Origin: Eledone cirrhosa
Taxonomy: Eukaryota
DNA length: 64,000 nt
Direction: 5' to 3'
NCBI GenBank assembly: GCA_964016885.1
Contig: OZ024746.1
Coordinates: 48,112,001-48,176,000, forward strand
The notes beneath the pieces are model-generated. The model did not search any database and was not told where the DNA came from. It was given only the letters and a program-made list of their open reading frames with translations. The translations under genes were made by a program, and so were the position numbers. Positions 1-15,560 of the stretch are shown here, in pieces (the first letter of the stretch is position 1; the number at the start of each line of letters is the position of its first letter).

Positions 1-245
1 CAGGTACCATGGCTATTTGCCAATATGGGTTTGTTTTTAATGATTTTTTATTTTAAATCGAGACAGGCAAACTATATTTATTTGAATTAGTTTATTTCAT
101 TCTAGCTAACTTCGTCTTTTACAATACAAACACTTTTGTGTTTATCATATATTAATTTATATTAACTTGTATTTCACGGCTCAGAAATGCTTCTTTCTTT
201 GAGCTAATTAATTGTAAAGGACTGTTTGAGTTTATAACTCTAAAT
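1..245. repeat. Diverged copy of the dispersed repeat also found at 6034-6425 and 23920-24775 (probable PLE terminal repeat)
   Basis: Shared blocks atcgagacag, ttagtttatttcatt, gtgtttatcatat, taattattgtaaa(g/c)gact. Confidence 0.6.
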
Positions 246-392
246 ATAATATAATATATATAAATATATAAATAGAAATATATATATATATAAATAGAAA
301 TATATATATATATAAATAAGAAATATATATATATATATATAAATAGAAATATATATATATATATAGAAATATATATATATATAGAAATATAT

Positions 393-427
<35 letters not shown>

Positions 428-897
428 AATATACATATATAAATATAAATATATATTTATATAAATATAAATATATATATATAAATATATAAATATAAAT
501 ATATATATAAATATATAAATATATATATATATAAATAAATATATATATAAATAAATATATATATATATATATATATATAAATATATATATATATAAATAA
601 ATATATATAAATATAAATATAAATATAATAAATAAATATATATAAATATAAATATAGATATAAATATAAATATATATATAAATAGGCTTGGTAACTTGTT
701 GGGATAAGACGTGGTTTTCGTATCTCCAGATTTGAAATTTTAATATTTTAAATCGACAGGAAATCGGATTTATGTATGGCTTTAAATTTTCAGAGGACAA
801 GGAAAACATACAAAAAAGATAAGTTTTTGTGCTTTGACGCAATTATTTTGAAGTATATTTTACATGTATTACCGTTTTAAACATGTTTATTTTCACT

Positions 898-1097
898 NNN
901 NNNNNNNNNNNNNNNNNNNNNNNNNNNNNNNNNNNNNNNNNNNNNNNNNNNNNNNNNNNNNNNNNNNNNNNNNNNNNNNNNNNNNNNNNNNNNNNNNNNN
1001 NNNNNNNNNNNNNNNNNNNNNNNNNNNNNNNNNNNNNNNNNNNNNNNNNNNNNNNNNNNNNNNNNNNNNNNNNNNNNNNNNNNNNNNNNNNNNNNNN
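898..1097. other. Assembly gap (200 N)
   Basis: Run of N. Confidence 1.
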
Positions 1098-1203
1098 CAC
1101 CTGACAAGCAGTATAGCAGATGCAGAAATACATATACCGAAATATACTGTATTTCGTTCGGACAGGAAGGAGAGAACTCATGGTGGGGTTGCTCTGTATA
1201 TCC
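1098..1203 (+). mobile_element. Inverted copy of the same LINE's endonuclease segment
   Basis: HLTSSIADAEIHIPKYTVFRSDRKERTHGG; near-exact reverse complement of 2945-3050. Confidence 0.85.
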
Positions 1204-3720
1204 TGGGGCACCCCACTTGTTATCGGTGTTTCCCTCGAGAGGGCCCCATTTGCTGCGACTGCCTGGCTTCTGTCCCTTAGGAAGCCATGCAGCCACTCAC
1301 CTACTTTTTCAGTTATGCCGAGTCCGTGTAGTTTGTGACATATCATTCCGTGGTCGACCTTGTCAAAGGCCTTCGCAAAGTCAAGATATATCACGTCTAC
1401 ATGTGAGCTGTCTAGTAGTTGTCTCAGTACCCAGTCGTAGTGATGTAGCAGCTGTGTAAGGCAGCTTCTTCCTGGGCGGAAACCATGTTGCGTGCTAGTC
1501 AGGCGGTCATTTTCTTCGAGGAAAGTGATTAGTTTCTTTCTGACGACTCGCTCCATGACCTTACTGATATGCGACGTCAGGGAGACTGGCCTATAGTTCT
1601 TGGCCTCCGCTCTACTACCTCCTTTATGGATAGGGCATATTGTGCCTTCTTTCAGCTCCCTGGGTAGTACACCGCTAGCCAAGGAGCTTCTGAAGAGCAT
1701 CTTCAGTGGAGTTGCTAAGGCCCGCTTACATATTTTTAGGAGAACTGCTGGGAATCCATCAGGTCCAGCAGCCGAGTCTGTTCTAATTTCATCAATGGCG
1801 TACACCACATCCTCCTCCGTTATGTCTATGTGGTTGATGGTTGCCATTTCTTGATGTAGTGTTGTGGCATCAAAGAACTCCTCTGGCTTCGTTATTTGCA
1901 TGTGCCTCAGTGGACATGTGAAGACACTTTTGTACTGTTCGTTCAGTATTTCACATATCTCTTGGGGATTTTCGGTTAATGAACCGTCCGTGTGGAAGAG
2001 TGGTCCAATCTTGCAGTGTACTGAGGCAGTTTCTTTTGCAAATTTAAAGAAGGCCTTAGGGTTTGTTTTAATGTTTTCTATGGCCCTGTTCTCTTACCTT
2101 GCCCTCTCATTCTCATGTGAAAGCTTGAGTGCAATCTCGGTGTCAAGTAGTGCACGTTTCAAATAGGATTCCTTCTTGTTTTGGTTTTGTTGACTATTCA
2201 ACTGGTTTGAGAGTTTAGTTCTACGTCTCATAAGGATTTTCCTATCTCTGGGAATAAGATTTTTGTGTCTGTTTGCCTCTTTCTCCGGGACACACTTTTT
2301 GCATATGGTGTGTATCGTTGTCATGAAGTGTTGAAATTGTGTGTTAGTGTCTTGTGTGGCGATGTTTGCACTCCATGTTTGCTTCCGGATTTCACTCTTA
2401 ATCTTCTTCCAGTCAGCCCCGTAGAAGTTAAGGCTGGATAGCGTCCCGGAGCTTCTTGGTGGTTTTGTCTGTGTTGGTTCTCTTGGACCACATACCATTA
2501 GCTCTACTAAGTTATGATCCGAGAGAATTGTTGGTGTCACCTTTACATGAGCACTTCGTTGTTTGTAAAACAGAGGTCCAGGACATTTTCGCCTCTTGTT
2601 GGGAGGAGTATTGCTTGCTCCATGAACAGCCTGTGTGTGAGGGCCAGCAGGGATTCCGTCTGTCTCTGTTCTATTGACGTCATTCCAGGGAGGAGGTGGC
2701 CCTCAGGCCATTTGACCTTTGGTAGGTTGAAGTCTCCCAGCAGTAGGATGTTGAGACCCTGGTCCAGTTTGTCAAGGACCTCTTCTATCCTACTTAGGCT
2801 ATCCTCAAATTTACCCTCATGACTGGGGGCATCGGGCGGCCGATATGTGACATATTACCGTCTGTAGTTGCTTCATATGGATTATCAGTGTGTCACAGAC
2901 TGAGTTTGAATGTGTCAACAGTACAATTGGTGTGACATCTTCACGGATATACAGAGCAAACCCACCATGAGTTCTCTCCTTCCTGTCCGAACGAAATACA
3001 GTATATTTCGGTATATGTATTTCTGCATCTGCTATACTGCTTGTCAGGTGCGTTTCGGTTAGTGCCATGCATAGTGCTTGATTGCTTATGGCTAAGTCTC
3101 CCAGGTAGGAAATTTTACTCATGTTGCTGAGTTTCACCAGGCCCCTGACATTCAGCAGCAGCACTGGTGTGACTTTTGGGGTGCCAGTAATGGCTGTCGG
3201 TATGACACCTGGTCTGGTGTCAGCGGCGGCCACTCTGGGTCCCTTAACTGCGGTGGTCTCGAGTGCTGGTGTGGATGACCCTGGCTCTGGAGACGATGCA
3301 GCCAGGTCAGCTGTCCCACAATCAAATTTTTCTGATCTGCTGCTGCCATCTGTATCTCGTCGGCATGTGCGTGCCTTCTCCTTGTTGGTGCAGCACGCGC
3401 GACATCAGCATACTTCTGGAGCGGCTTATTTCGGCTTAGGCTGGGGCATGTTGCGCGAGTATGATGGGCATAGTTCGTTTGAGACCTAGGGTGGGCGAAT
3501 CTGCATCCCATCCCTGTCTCTCCATGCCAGCATGTCCCGTTCTTGAAAAACTTGCACATTACTTGGGGTTTTCTGCTCCCAGTGTCTCGGTGCTTTCTGT
3601 TCTTTCTTTGAACAGTTGGCCACTGGTCCCTCTGCGCTTGGTTCTCCTTCGGAAGGTGATTTCGCTTTTCACCTTTGTCCTTAGCTTGTTGGTTGCCCGG
3701 CCTGCCCTCCCTGCCTGTAG
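1204..3720 (-). mobile_element. Decayed non-LTR retrotransposon (CR1/L2/Jockey group): CCCH-finger ORF1 remnant, APE endonuclease, partial RT
   Basis: Minus ORF pieces: [19 protein letters not shown] (3559-), LLLNVRGL..MALTETHL (3233-2817), SDHNLV (2540-), and AAGPDG..NYRPVSLTS..QHGFRPGRSC..YLDFAKAFDKVDH..SGVPQ (1901-1204). Frameshifted, and RT breaks off at GVPQ. Confidence 0.88.
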
Positions 3721-3739
3721 CGAGGGTATATCATTTTCA

Positions 3740-5420
<1,681 letters not shown>

Positions 5421-5689
5421 TATAAGATCAAAAGATGGTTAAAGGAGTTCCATGTATTTTATTATCCGCATTTCAAAAACAAACATCATCATGCAATAAT
5501 ATTTGTGTTTTCATCAGATAAAACAGGAGAACATGATATGAAGGCTAAAAAACACTTGTGGACAGTGCAGTCTTAAATCAACATATCATATACATATATA
5601 TACATACATATATATATACATATATATATATACATATATATATATATACATATATATATATACATATATATATACATATATATATATAC

Positions 5690-5756
<67 letters not shown>

Positions 5757-5763
5757 TATATAC

Positions 5764-5796
<33 letters not shown>

Positions 5797-5807
5797 CATA
5801 TATATAC

Positions 5808-5838
<31 letters not shown>

Positions 5839-5947
5839 CATATATATACATATATATATATATACATATATATATATACATATATATACATATATATATA
5901 TATACATATATATATATACATATACATATATATATATATACATATAC

Positions 5948-5980
<33 letters not shown>

Positions 5981-6033
5981 CATATGTATATATACATATA
6001 TATACATACATACACACATATATATATATATAT

Positions 6034-6425
6034 GTTGATATGCACAGATGATTTGGATATTTCACTCTTTTATTTCTATTCCATTTCGATTCTCTTTATT
6101 TTTCAATTCACATTCCACCATTGCGAAACTTATTTGGGTTTCGAGGTTCAAATTCATCTACAGAACAGGTTTGAACTTTGAAATTTAAATATGTCCAGGA
6201 ATCATGGCAGTTGCAAATATAAGCTTGTCTTTATTGACTTGTATCGAGACAGACAAATTGTATTCACTTTTATTAGTTTATTTCATTAATGGCTAACTTT
6301 GTCTGTTGCAATGTAAACACATTTCGTGTTTATCATATACTTTAAATGTATTTAACTGCTCGGAAGAGCCCCTTCCTGGAGCTTAATTATTGTAAACGAC
6401 TCAGAGTTTATTCTCAAAATATAAT
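6034..6425. repeat. Dispersed repeat (probable PLE pseudo-LTR) embedded in microsatellite
   Basis: Closely matches 24462-24775 plus 24241-24295. Confidence 0.7.
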
Positions 6426-6818
6426 ATAATATATATATATATATATACATATATATATACACATATATATATACACATATATATATACACATATATATAT
6501 ATATACACATATATATATATACACACATATATATATATATACACACATATATATATATACACACATATATATATATACACACATATATATATATCCATAT
6601 ATATATACATACATATATATATCCATATATATATACATACATATATATATCCATATATATATATACATACATATATATCCATATATATATATACATACAT
6701 ATATATCCATATATATATATACATACATATATATATCCATATATATATCCATATATATATACATATATATATCCATATATATATACATACATATATATAT
6801 CCATATATATATACATAC

Positions 6819-6859
<41 letters not shown>

Positions 6860-6875
6860 CATATATATAATATAC

Positions 6876-6906
<31 letters not shown>

Positions 6907-7095
6907 ATATACATATATATATATACATATATATATATATAATATACATATACATATATACATATATATATATACATATATATATATACATATATATATA
7001 TACATATATATAATATATATATATATACATAATATATATATATATATACATAATATATATATATATACATATATATAATATATATATATATACAT

Positions 7096-7473
7096 AATGA
7101 GGCAAGCATGCTCCGTTGGATGTGCAGTGTAAATGTGCGTGAACGACCCAGCATAAATGTGTTGAGAGAGAAACTGTGTCTGAGAGGGATAGAATGTAGT
7201 GTACGGGAGAGGAGACTGAGGTGGAATGGACATGTGATGCGCATGGAGGATGACCGATGGATGAAGAAGTGCCAGGAAATGCCAGTTGAGGGAAGACGTG
7301 GTAGAGGTAGACCACGAAAAACATGGGCGGAGGTGGTGAGAACAGACCTCAGATCATTGAAGCTCACGGTGGAGATGACGAGGGACCGTGACGAGTGGAG
7401 AGATGCTGTGCTGAATAAGACGCGTCCCACCCATGCAAGCAGGGAAAAGCGGACGTAAAATGATGATGATGAT
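7096..7473 (+). mobile_element. RTE LINE 3' fragment (family C, short 3' UTR)
   Basis: [34 protein letters not shown] followed by a (GAT)n tail. Confidence 0.9.
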
Positions 7474-7669
7474 AATATATATATATATACATATATATAA
7501 TATACATATATATATATACATATATATATATATACATATATATAATATATATATATACATATATATATACATATATATATATATATACATAATATATATA
7601 TACATATATATATACATATATATAATATATATATATACATACATATAATATACATATATATATATATAC

Positions 7670-7702
<33 letters not shown>

Positions 7703-7753
7703 ATATACATATATATATATATACATATATATACATACATATATATACATATA

Positions 7754-7905
7754 CGATATTAAACAAATGGAAACTATATTTATAAAACCATATTTATTTC
7801 ATTATACATATTTTGGGGATACCATATTAAAAATATGGCATGCCTTCTTCAGATAAAATACAATATATGAACAGTTTTATAAATAATTTTGATGTACCAT
7901 AAATA
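7754..7905 (-). mobile_element. PLE terminal repeat fragment with a degenerate hammerhead
   Basis: Homologous to 26648-26800. Minus strand CTGAAGA..stem II..AAAA (G12A) TATGTATA. Confidence 0.7.
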
Positions 7906-8008
7906 TTGAGCAACCGTTATGTAAGAAGCCGGTTTGGTAGATATATATGGTAGCCGGTTTGGTAGATATATATATACATATATATAATATACATATATAT
8001 ATATACAT

Positions 8009-8114
8009 ATATTGTTATACTTTGGGAGGGTCATGTTGCCAATAAGAAACACACGCACCATCTGGTACGTGTGTTTCTTATTGGCAACATGACCCTCCCA
8101 AAGTATAACAATAT
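8009..8114. repeat. Near-perfect 106-bp palindrome
   Basis: atattgttatactttgggagggtcatgttgccaataagaaacacacg-c-acca-tc-tggt-a followed by the exact reverse complement. Confidence 0.95.
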
Positions 8115-8378
8115 CGGTTTCAACACACGATTTCAGATAAAGAATCTTGCTAAACAAATTCAGAAACGAAATATATACATATATATATATATATAAATAT
8201 ATATAATATACATATATATATATATATAAATATATATAATATACATATATATATATATATATAAATATATATAATATACATATATATATATATATATAAA
8301 TATATATAATATACATATATATATATATATATAAATATATATAATATACATATATATATATATATATAAATATATATA

Positions 8379-8465
<87 letters not shown>

Positions 8466-8471
8466 TATATA

Positions 8472-8532
<61 letters not shown>

Positions 8533-8542
8533 AATATATATA

Positions 8543-8587
<45 letters not shown>

Positions 8588-8593
8588 TATATA

Positions 8594-8637
<44 letters not shown>

Positions 8638-8639
<2 letters not shown>

Positions 8640-8927
8640 CATCATCATCATCACCGTTTTACGTCCGTTCTTCCACGCTAGCATGGGTTAGACGGGTTGT
8701 CCTGTTGTGGGCAGTGTCTGGTCGGCTGACCATGCCTTGCTCATACAGGAACTGATCTGGCTTGATTTCTACAGCTGGATGCCCTTCCTAACACCAACCT
8801 CATTTACAGTGAGTGCTGGGTGCTTTTTCGTGGCGCCTACACGTCAACTTTACAGTGTGGGCTGGGTGCTTTTTTGCCGTGGCACCTCCACGACCACCTT
8901 GCGGGGGGGGGGGGGATATTGTTTATA
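8638..8927 (-). mobile_element. RTE family B 3' UTR-only copy
   Basis: (CAT)n tail plus sequence nearly identical to 9379-9660 and 43100-43390. Confidence 0.9.
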
Positions 8928-9094
8928 TATATAAATATATATAATATACATATATATATATACATATATATAATATACATACATATATATATAATATACA
9001 TATATATGTATACATATATATGTATACATATATATAATATACATATTCATATATATAATATACATATATATAATATACATATATATAATATACA

Positions 9095-9128
<34 letters not shown>

Positions 9129-9129
9129 C

Positions 9130-9162
<33 letters not shown>

Positions 9163-9189
9163 CATATATATATACATATATATATATAC

Positions 9190-9222
<33 letters not shown>

Positions 9223-9223
9223 C

Positions 9224-9256
<33 letters not shown>

Positions 9257-9378
9257 CATATATATACATATATATATATATATACATATATATACATATA
9301 TATATATATATACATATATATACATATATATATATATACATATATATACATATATATATATATATATACATATATATA

Positions 9379-10826
9379 CATCATCATCATCACCGTTTTA
9401 CGTCCGTTCTTCCACGCTAGCATGGGTTAGACGGGTTGTCCTGTTGTGGGCAGTGTCTAGTCGGCTGACCATGCCTTGCTCATACAGGAACTGATCTGGC
9501 TTGATTTCTACAGCTGGATGCCCTTCCTAACACCAACCTCATTTACAGTGAGTGCTGGGTGCTTTTTCGTGGCGCCTACACGTCCACTTTACAGTGTGGG
9601 CTGGGTGCTTTTTTGCCGTGGCACCTCCACGACCACCTTGCGGTGGGGGCATATTGTTTATATGCTTCAGCATGTACCCATGGGAGGTCGGGTACCCTGT
9701 ATTACTGCGTGACGCCAGAAGTCACGGTCGTGTGTCATTGACTTTGAGAGGTGTAGTTGGGTAAGGTCGGCTTTTATCACCTCATCCCAAGTCATCTTGG
9801 GTCTCCCCACTCCGCGGTTTCCATCAACTTCTAGTGCTCTGCACCTTTTTATGCAGCTGTCATCCTTCATACGCATCACATGTCCATACCAGCGTAACCG
9901 CCTCTCCTGCACGCAGCATTTGATTCCTCTTATGCTCAGTCTCTCTCTCAATTCATTTATGCTTTGTCGTTCACGTATATTACTGTTACACATCCATCGG
10001 AGCATGCAGGCTTCGTTTCTCTCTAATCTACGTAAGTCTTCCACCTTCAGCGCCCAGGTCTCACTACCATGCAACATCGCTGTTCGGATACACGCATCAT
10101 ACAGTCTGCCTTTCATTCTGAGGGAGAAGCCTTTTGCAGCTAGCAGTGGTAGTAGTTCCCTAAACTTCTTCCATCCCGTTCTTACCCTAGTTATTGTACT
10201 TTCTGAGCACCCACCTCCGTTGCTAATTCGGTCACCTAGGTAGCAGAAGCTGTCTACTGTTTCTACAGGGCCCTCCCAGAGATTGGTGGTACTTGTTTCC
10301 TGTGGCTGTTTGCTTGCTGTTTCAGCACAGCTGCTGCATGTGAATCCTACATTCTTAATTAAGCTTCCTGAGATCCCGCTACATCTCTTGTGTACCCATT
10401 GTTTGCATTTGGGGCAAAGAATGGAGTTCCTACCTACACCTTTCCTACATACTGAGCAAGGCCATTTCCCTGAGGGGATCTGGGTTCTGTTTTCTCGTCT
10501 ACTTATAAGGACCTTAGTCTTTGTCATGTTGACTTTGAGGCCCTTTCTCTCTAGTCCCTGCTTCCAGGTTTGGAATTTATTCTCTAGTTCTACCATAGAT
10601 TCAGCTATGAGTGCGAGGTCATCAGCATACAGGAGTTCCCATGGGCATCCGGTCTTAAACTCCTCCGTTATTGCCTGCAGGACTATGATGAACAGGAGAG
10701 GGCTAAGAACAGAGCCCTGGTGGACCCCAACCTGTACGCTAAATTCCTCGCTATACTCATTGCCAATCCTAACTTTGCTGACTGCTCCCCTATACATGGC
10801 TTGTACCGCTTTCACAAGCCATTCAT
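9379..10826 (-). mobile_element. RTE LINE family B, 5'-truncated (RT C-terminal half, PHD-like finger, 3' UTR)
   Basis: ORF 9667-10902: [33 protein letters not shown]; (CAT)n tail. Confidence 0.95.
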
Positions 10827-10830
10827 ATAT

Positions 10831-10899
<69 letters not shown>

Positions 10900-10990
10900 C
10901 ATATATATACATATATATATATTGGAATAAATGCTCTTTCAAACCAGTTCCTGTACACAGCTAAGTATTCTATAAGTCTCTAGCTGTGTC

Positions 10991-11079
10991 ATTCTCGATA
11001 AAAGCACTGGATATGTAGTCCTGATGATTTCTAACAAGAATGAAACGCGTAGATTACTTCCCTTGCTTTTATCGAGAAT
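10991..11079 (+). ncRNA. Minimal type I hammerhead ribozyme (PLE-type)
   Basis: GTAGTC-CTGATGA-TTTC taacaa GAAT-GAAA-CGCG-TA^GATTAC. Stem I GTAGTC/GATTAC is extended by a perfect 16-bp ATTCTCGATAAAAGCA/TGCTTTTATCGAGAAT helix; stem III is the palindrome ACGCGT. Confidence 0.8.
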
Positions 11080-11296
11080 CTAATTGTAATACGTGACGTA
11101 TTCTATTCTATAGCGATTAGGTCTTCAAAATGTTTATTATAAACATACAGAATATTTTCGAATATTCTATGTCTATATTCATATATATATATATATATAT
11201 ACATATATATACATATATATATATATATATACATATATATACATATATATATATATACATATATATACATATATATATATATATACATATATATAC

Positions 11297-11353
<57 letters not shown>

Positions 11354-11354
11354 C

Positions 11355-11385
<31 letters not shown>

Positions 11386-11526
11386 CATATATATACATAT
11401 ATATATATATATATACATATATATACATATATATATATATACATATATATACATATATATATATATATACATATATATACATATATATATATATATACAT
11501 ATATATACATATATATATATATATAC

Positions 11527-11596
<70 letters not shown>

Positions 11597-11622
11597 GTAT
11601 AACACTCCACTTATCCAGCAGG

Positions 11623-11654
<32 letters not shown>

Positions 11655-11964
11655 CATATACATATATATACATATACATATACATACATATACATATACA
11701 TATATATACATATACATATATATACATATATATATATATACATATATATATATACATATATATATACATATATATATATACATATATATACATATATATA
11801 TATATACATATATATATATACATATATATACATATATATATATATACATATATATATATACATATATATATTTCCATATATATATATACATATATATATT
11901 TCCATATATATAATATACATATATATATATATACATATATATAATATACATATATATAATATAC

Positions 11965-11997
<33 letters not shown>

Positions 11998-12074
11998 CAC
12001 ATATATATAATATACATATATATAAATATACATATATATAAATATACATATATATACACATATATATAATATAC

Positions 12075-12107
<33 letters not shown>

Positions 12108-12418
12108 CATATATATACATATATATACATATATATATATATACATATATATAATATACATATATATAATATACATATACATATATATAATATACATATA
12201 TATATACATATATATATATACATATATATAATATACATATACATATATATAATATACATATATATATATATATAATATACATATATATATACATATATAT
12301 ATATATATAATATACATATATATATACATATATATATATACATATATATATACATATATATATATGTAAGTATGTATGTATACGTACATACATATATGTA
12401 TACAGACGTACAGTAGCA

Positions 12419-12458
<40 letters not shown>

Positions 12459-13281
12459 CACATATGCATACAGGTACACATACATATATGCACGCATCAG
12501 TTTAGCCGACGTTTATTATAACGCCGGCCGCTTTGTTCGTTTGTTTGTCAACAAAGCGAACAGCCTGAATTTATGCCATACGGTGTTAAGGCAACCACGT
12601 CACTTTTTTGTTCAACACTGACACAGGAATGATGTACTAGTTTCAAGCTTGTTAGCTATCATCAGCACCGTTTACCCATCTGCCAGATAGTTGAACGTTC
12701 GAAAGTATATACTTTCCTTATGAAAATTAACGGCTGAGCAGCCTAATTTGCATATTGAGTGAGTTAAATCGGTCAGGCATACCGAAAATGATAAGTTGAA
12801 AAAAATGAAAACGAAATTTCATTTCTCACTCTTAGTATGGCACTTACTTAAATGTAAGTATGTATGTATACGTACATACATATATGTATACAGACGTACA
12901 GTAGCATATATATATAGCATATATATATATACATACATATACATATACATATATACATATAAATATACATATATATATATACATATACATATATACATAT
13001 ATATATATACATATAAATATACATATATACATATACATATATACATATATATATATACATATAAATATACATATATACATATATATATATACATATATAT
13101 ACATATACATATATATATACATATATATATATACATATATATACATATATATATACATATATATACATACATATATATACATATATATATACATATATAT
13201 ACATACATATATATACATATATATATACATACATATATATACATATATATATACATATATATACATATATATATATATTAC

Positions 13282-13402
<121 letters not shown>

Positions 13403-13403
13403 C

Positions 13404-13452
<49 letters not shown>

Positions 13453-13556
13453 CATATACATATACATATATATAATATATATATGCATATATATATATAC
13501 ATATATATATATATACATATATATATATACATATATATACATACATATATATATAC

Positions 13557-13596
<40 letters not shown>

Positions 13597-13616
13597 ATAA
13601 ACATAACATAAATCAA

Positions 13617-14890
13617 TAAATCATGTCTTTAAAATCATCAGATATTAAAATATATACTATTTCTTCTTCTAATTAGCATAATTAACCATATACAAAATCA
13701 AATCTAGCAAGCTTTAAGAATAAATTTTCTTATGGGAAATCTCTGACAAACAATCGATGAAACCTAACTCTGGAAATTCATATTATTTGGATGTCCTAAA
13801 TAAGGAAGAAACCATGGTAGGGATATAATACGGTATGTGCGCATTTCTTCTAAGTTTAATTTTACTACTAATTGTGTGTGGCTGATGGTATATTGGTCGA
13901 AGTCTACATGCTGTCGAAATGTTCGATAAATAATGGAACGGGGCTGCCGCGAAGTGGCTACAGTCGATTGTTTGTCAGAGATTTCCCCACAAGAAAATTT
14001 ATTCTTAAAGCTTGCTAGATTTGATTTTGTATTTGATTAATTATGCTAATTAGAAGAAGAAATAGTATATATTTTAATATCTGATGATTTTAAAGACATG
14101 ATTTATGATATAATGCTCTGATTTTTTTTATTTTAATTTATTAATTCTTCATAGAGCTTAAAAGTGAACAGTTGCAACATATATATCTTTAATTTTATGT
14201 ATATGATAACCTTTATATTTAATAATCTCCCAATTGGTTGAGATTAAATTTGGCGATATATGGCTGCGCTTTCTAGCAGCAAGCCTACCCGCCGTAAGCA
14301 ACCAATCACACTCTTTCTCTCTGGCTGGAACACAGCTACATAGCGATTTTTAGCCATTTTTGAATTTAAATTTGGCGGGATCGGATTGAAAAACTAAATG
14401 TCTGATTTTGATTTTGAGTTTACCCCCTGATGAAACCTAACTCAGGAAATTCATATTATTTGGATGTCCTAAATAAGGAAGAGACCATGGTAGGGATATT
14501 ATTACGGTTTGTGCGTATTTCTTCTAAGTTTAATTTTACTACTAATTGTGTGTGGTTGATCGTATATTTGGTCGAAGTCTACATGCTGTCGAAATGTTCG
14601 ATAAATAATGGAACGGGGCTGCCGCGAAGAGGCTACGGTCGATTGTTTGTCAGAGATTTCCCCATGAGAAAATTTATTCTTAAAGCTTGCTAGATTTGAT
14701 TTTGTATATGATTAATTATGCTAATTAGAAGAAGAAATAGTATATATTTTAATATCTGATGATTTTAAAGACATGATTTATGATATAATGCTCTGATTTT
14801 TTGATTTTAATTTATTAATTCTTCATAGAGCTTAAAAGTGAACAGTTGCAACATATATATCTTTAACTTTATGTATATGATAACCTTTAT
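13617..14890. mobile_element. Non-coding element with PLE-like architecture: inverted partial repeat plus two direct ~460-bp repeats
   Basis: 13617-13757 is the reverse complement of 13964-14105. 13756-14218 is repeated at 14429-14890 with a ~210-bp unique spacer. Flanked by (TA)n. Confidence 0.65.
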
Positions 14891-14903
14891 ATATATATAT
14901 ATA

Positions 14904-14935
<32 letters not shown>

Positions 14936-14957
14936 AACATATATATACATACATATA

Positions 14958-15560
14958 TGGTGGCTGCCAACTCGTTTTCGAGTACGGCCACTACTTTATA
15001 TCCATGTAGGAGAACCCCTACCGAAGCGCTGAACGAGTGTGACTCTTTAGTCCAGCCAGCGACTTGAAACCTCTGATACAAACACTACACTTGTGACAAT
15101 TATTGACACATAGTGCTGGGCCCATGGTACCATGTGAGGACAAGTGCAGAGAGATCTCCAGATATAAAGCAATGCCTGCGCCATGAAGCTTTTATAGTGA
15201 GCAAAGGCACTGCACAAAGCCAGTCCCACTCTCTTAACCAAGATGATATTTACCAAAAAGAAGAACAACTCAACATCATTGGATACCATCAGGGTTGCAG
15301 GTGTTATATCAGAGTTTTCCTTCTCCTAGAATTCTGCCTTTACAAAGGCCAAGGGGTCATCTCTCCCGGTGATTTTGGATGGCCATTGACTCTTAAGAGC
15401 TCCTTTGCCATTTGACAGGTTTTGTTTTTAGTCCTGCAGGATGTCCAAAGTCACCCTCCTCACCAAGAAACCTTGGTGGGGTTGCCAGTTTAGTCGCCAA
15501 CGACCCGACCATGACACAGGTTGTACTGGGATACATGTTACCAGTAGCACCAAGTGGTGA

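Noticed and set aside
5455-5500. Minus-strand ATGATGA..GAAATGCGGA hammerhead-like relic
   Set aside because: C3, stem II and the cleavage triplet are all broken.
14427-14600. CTGATGA at the start of the direct repeat (also 14081 and 14756) as a hammerhead core
   Set aside because: No convincing stem II/GAAA/stem I arrangement could be built.
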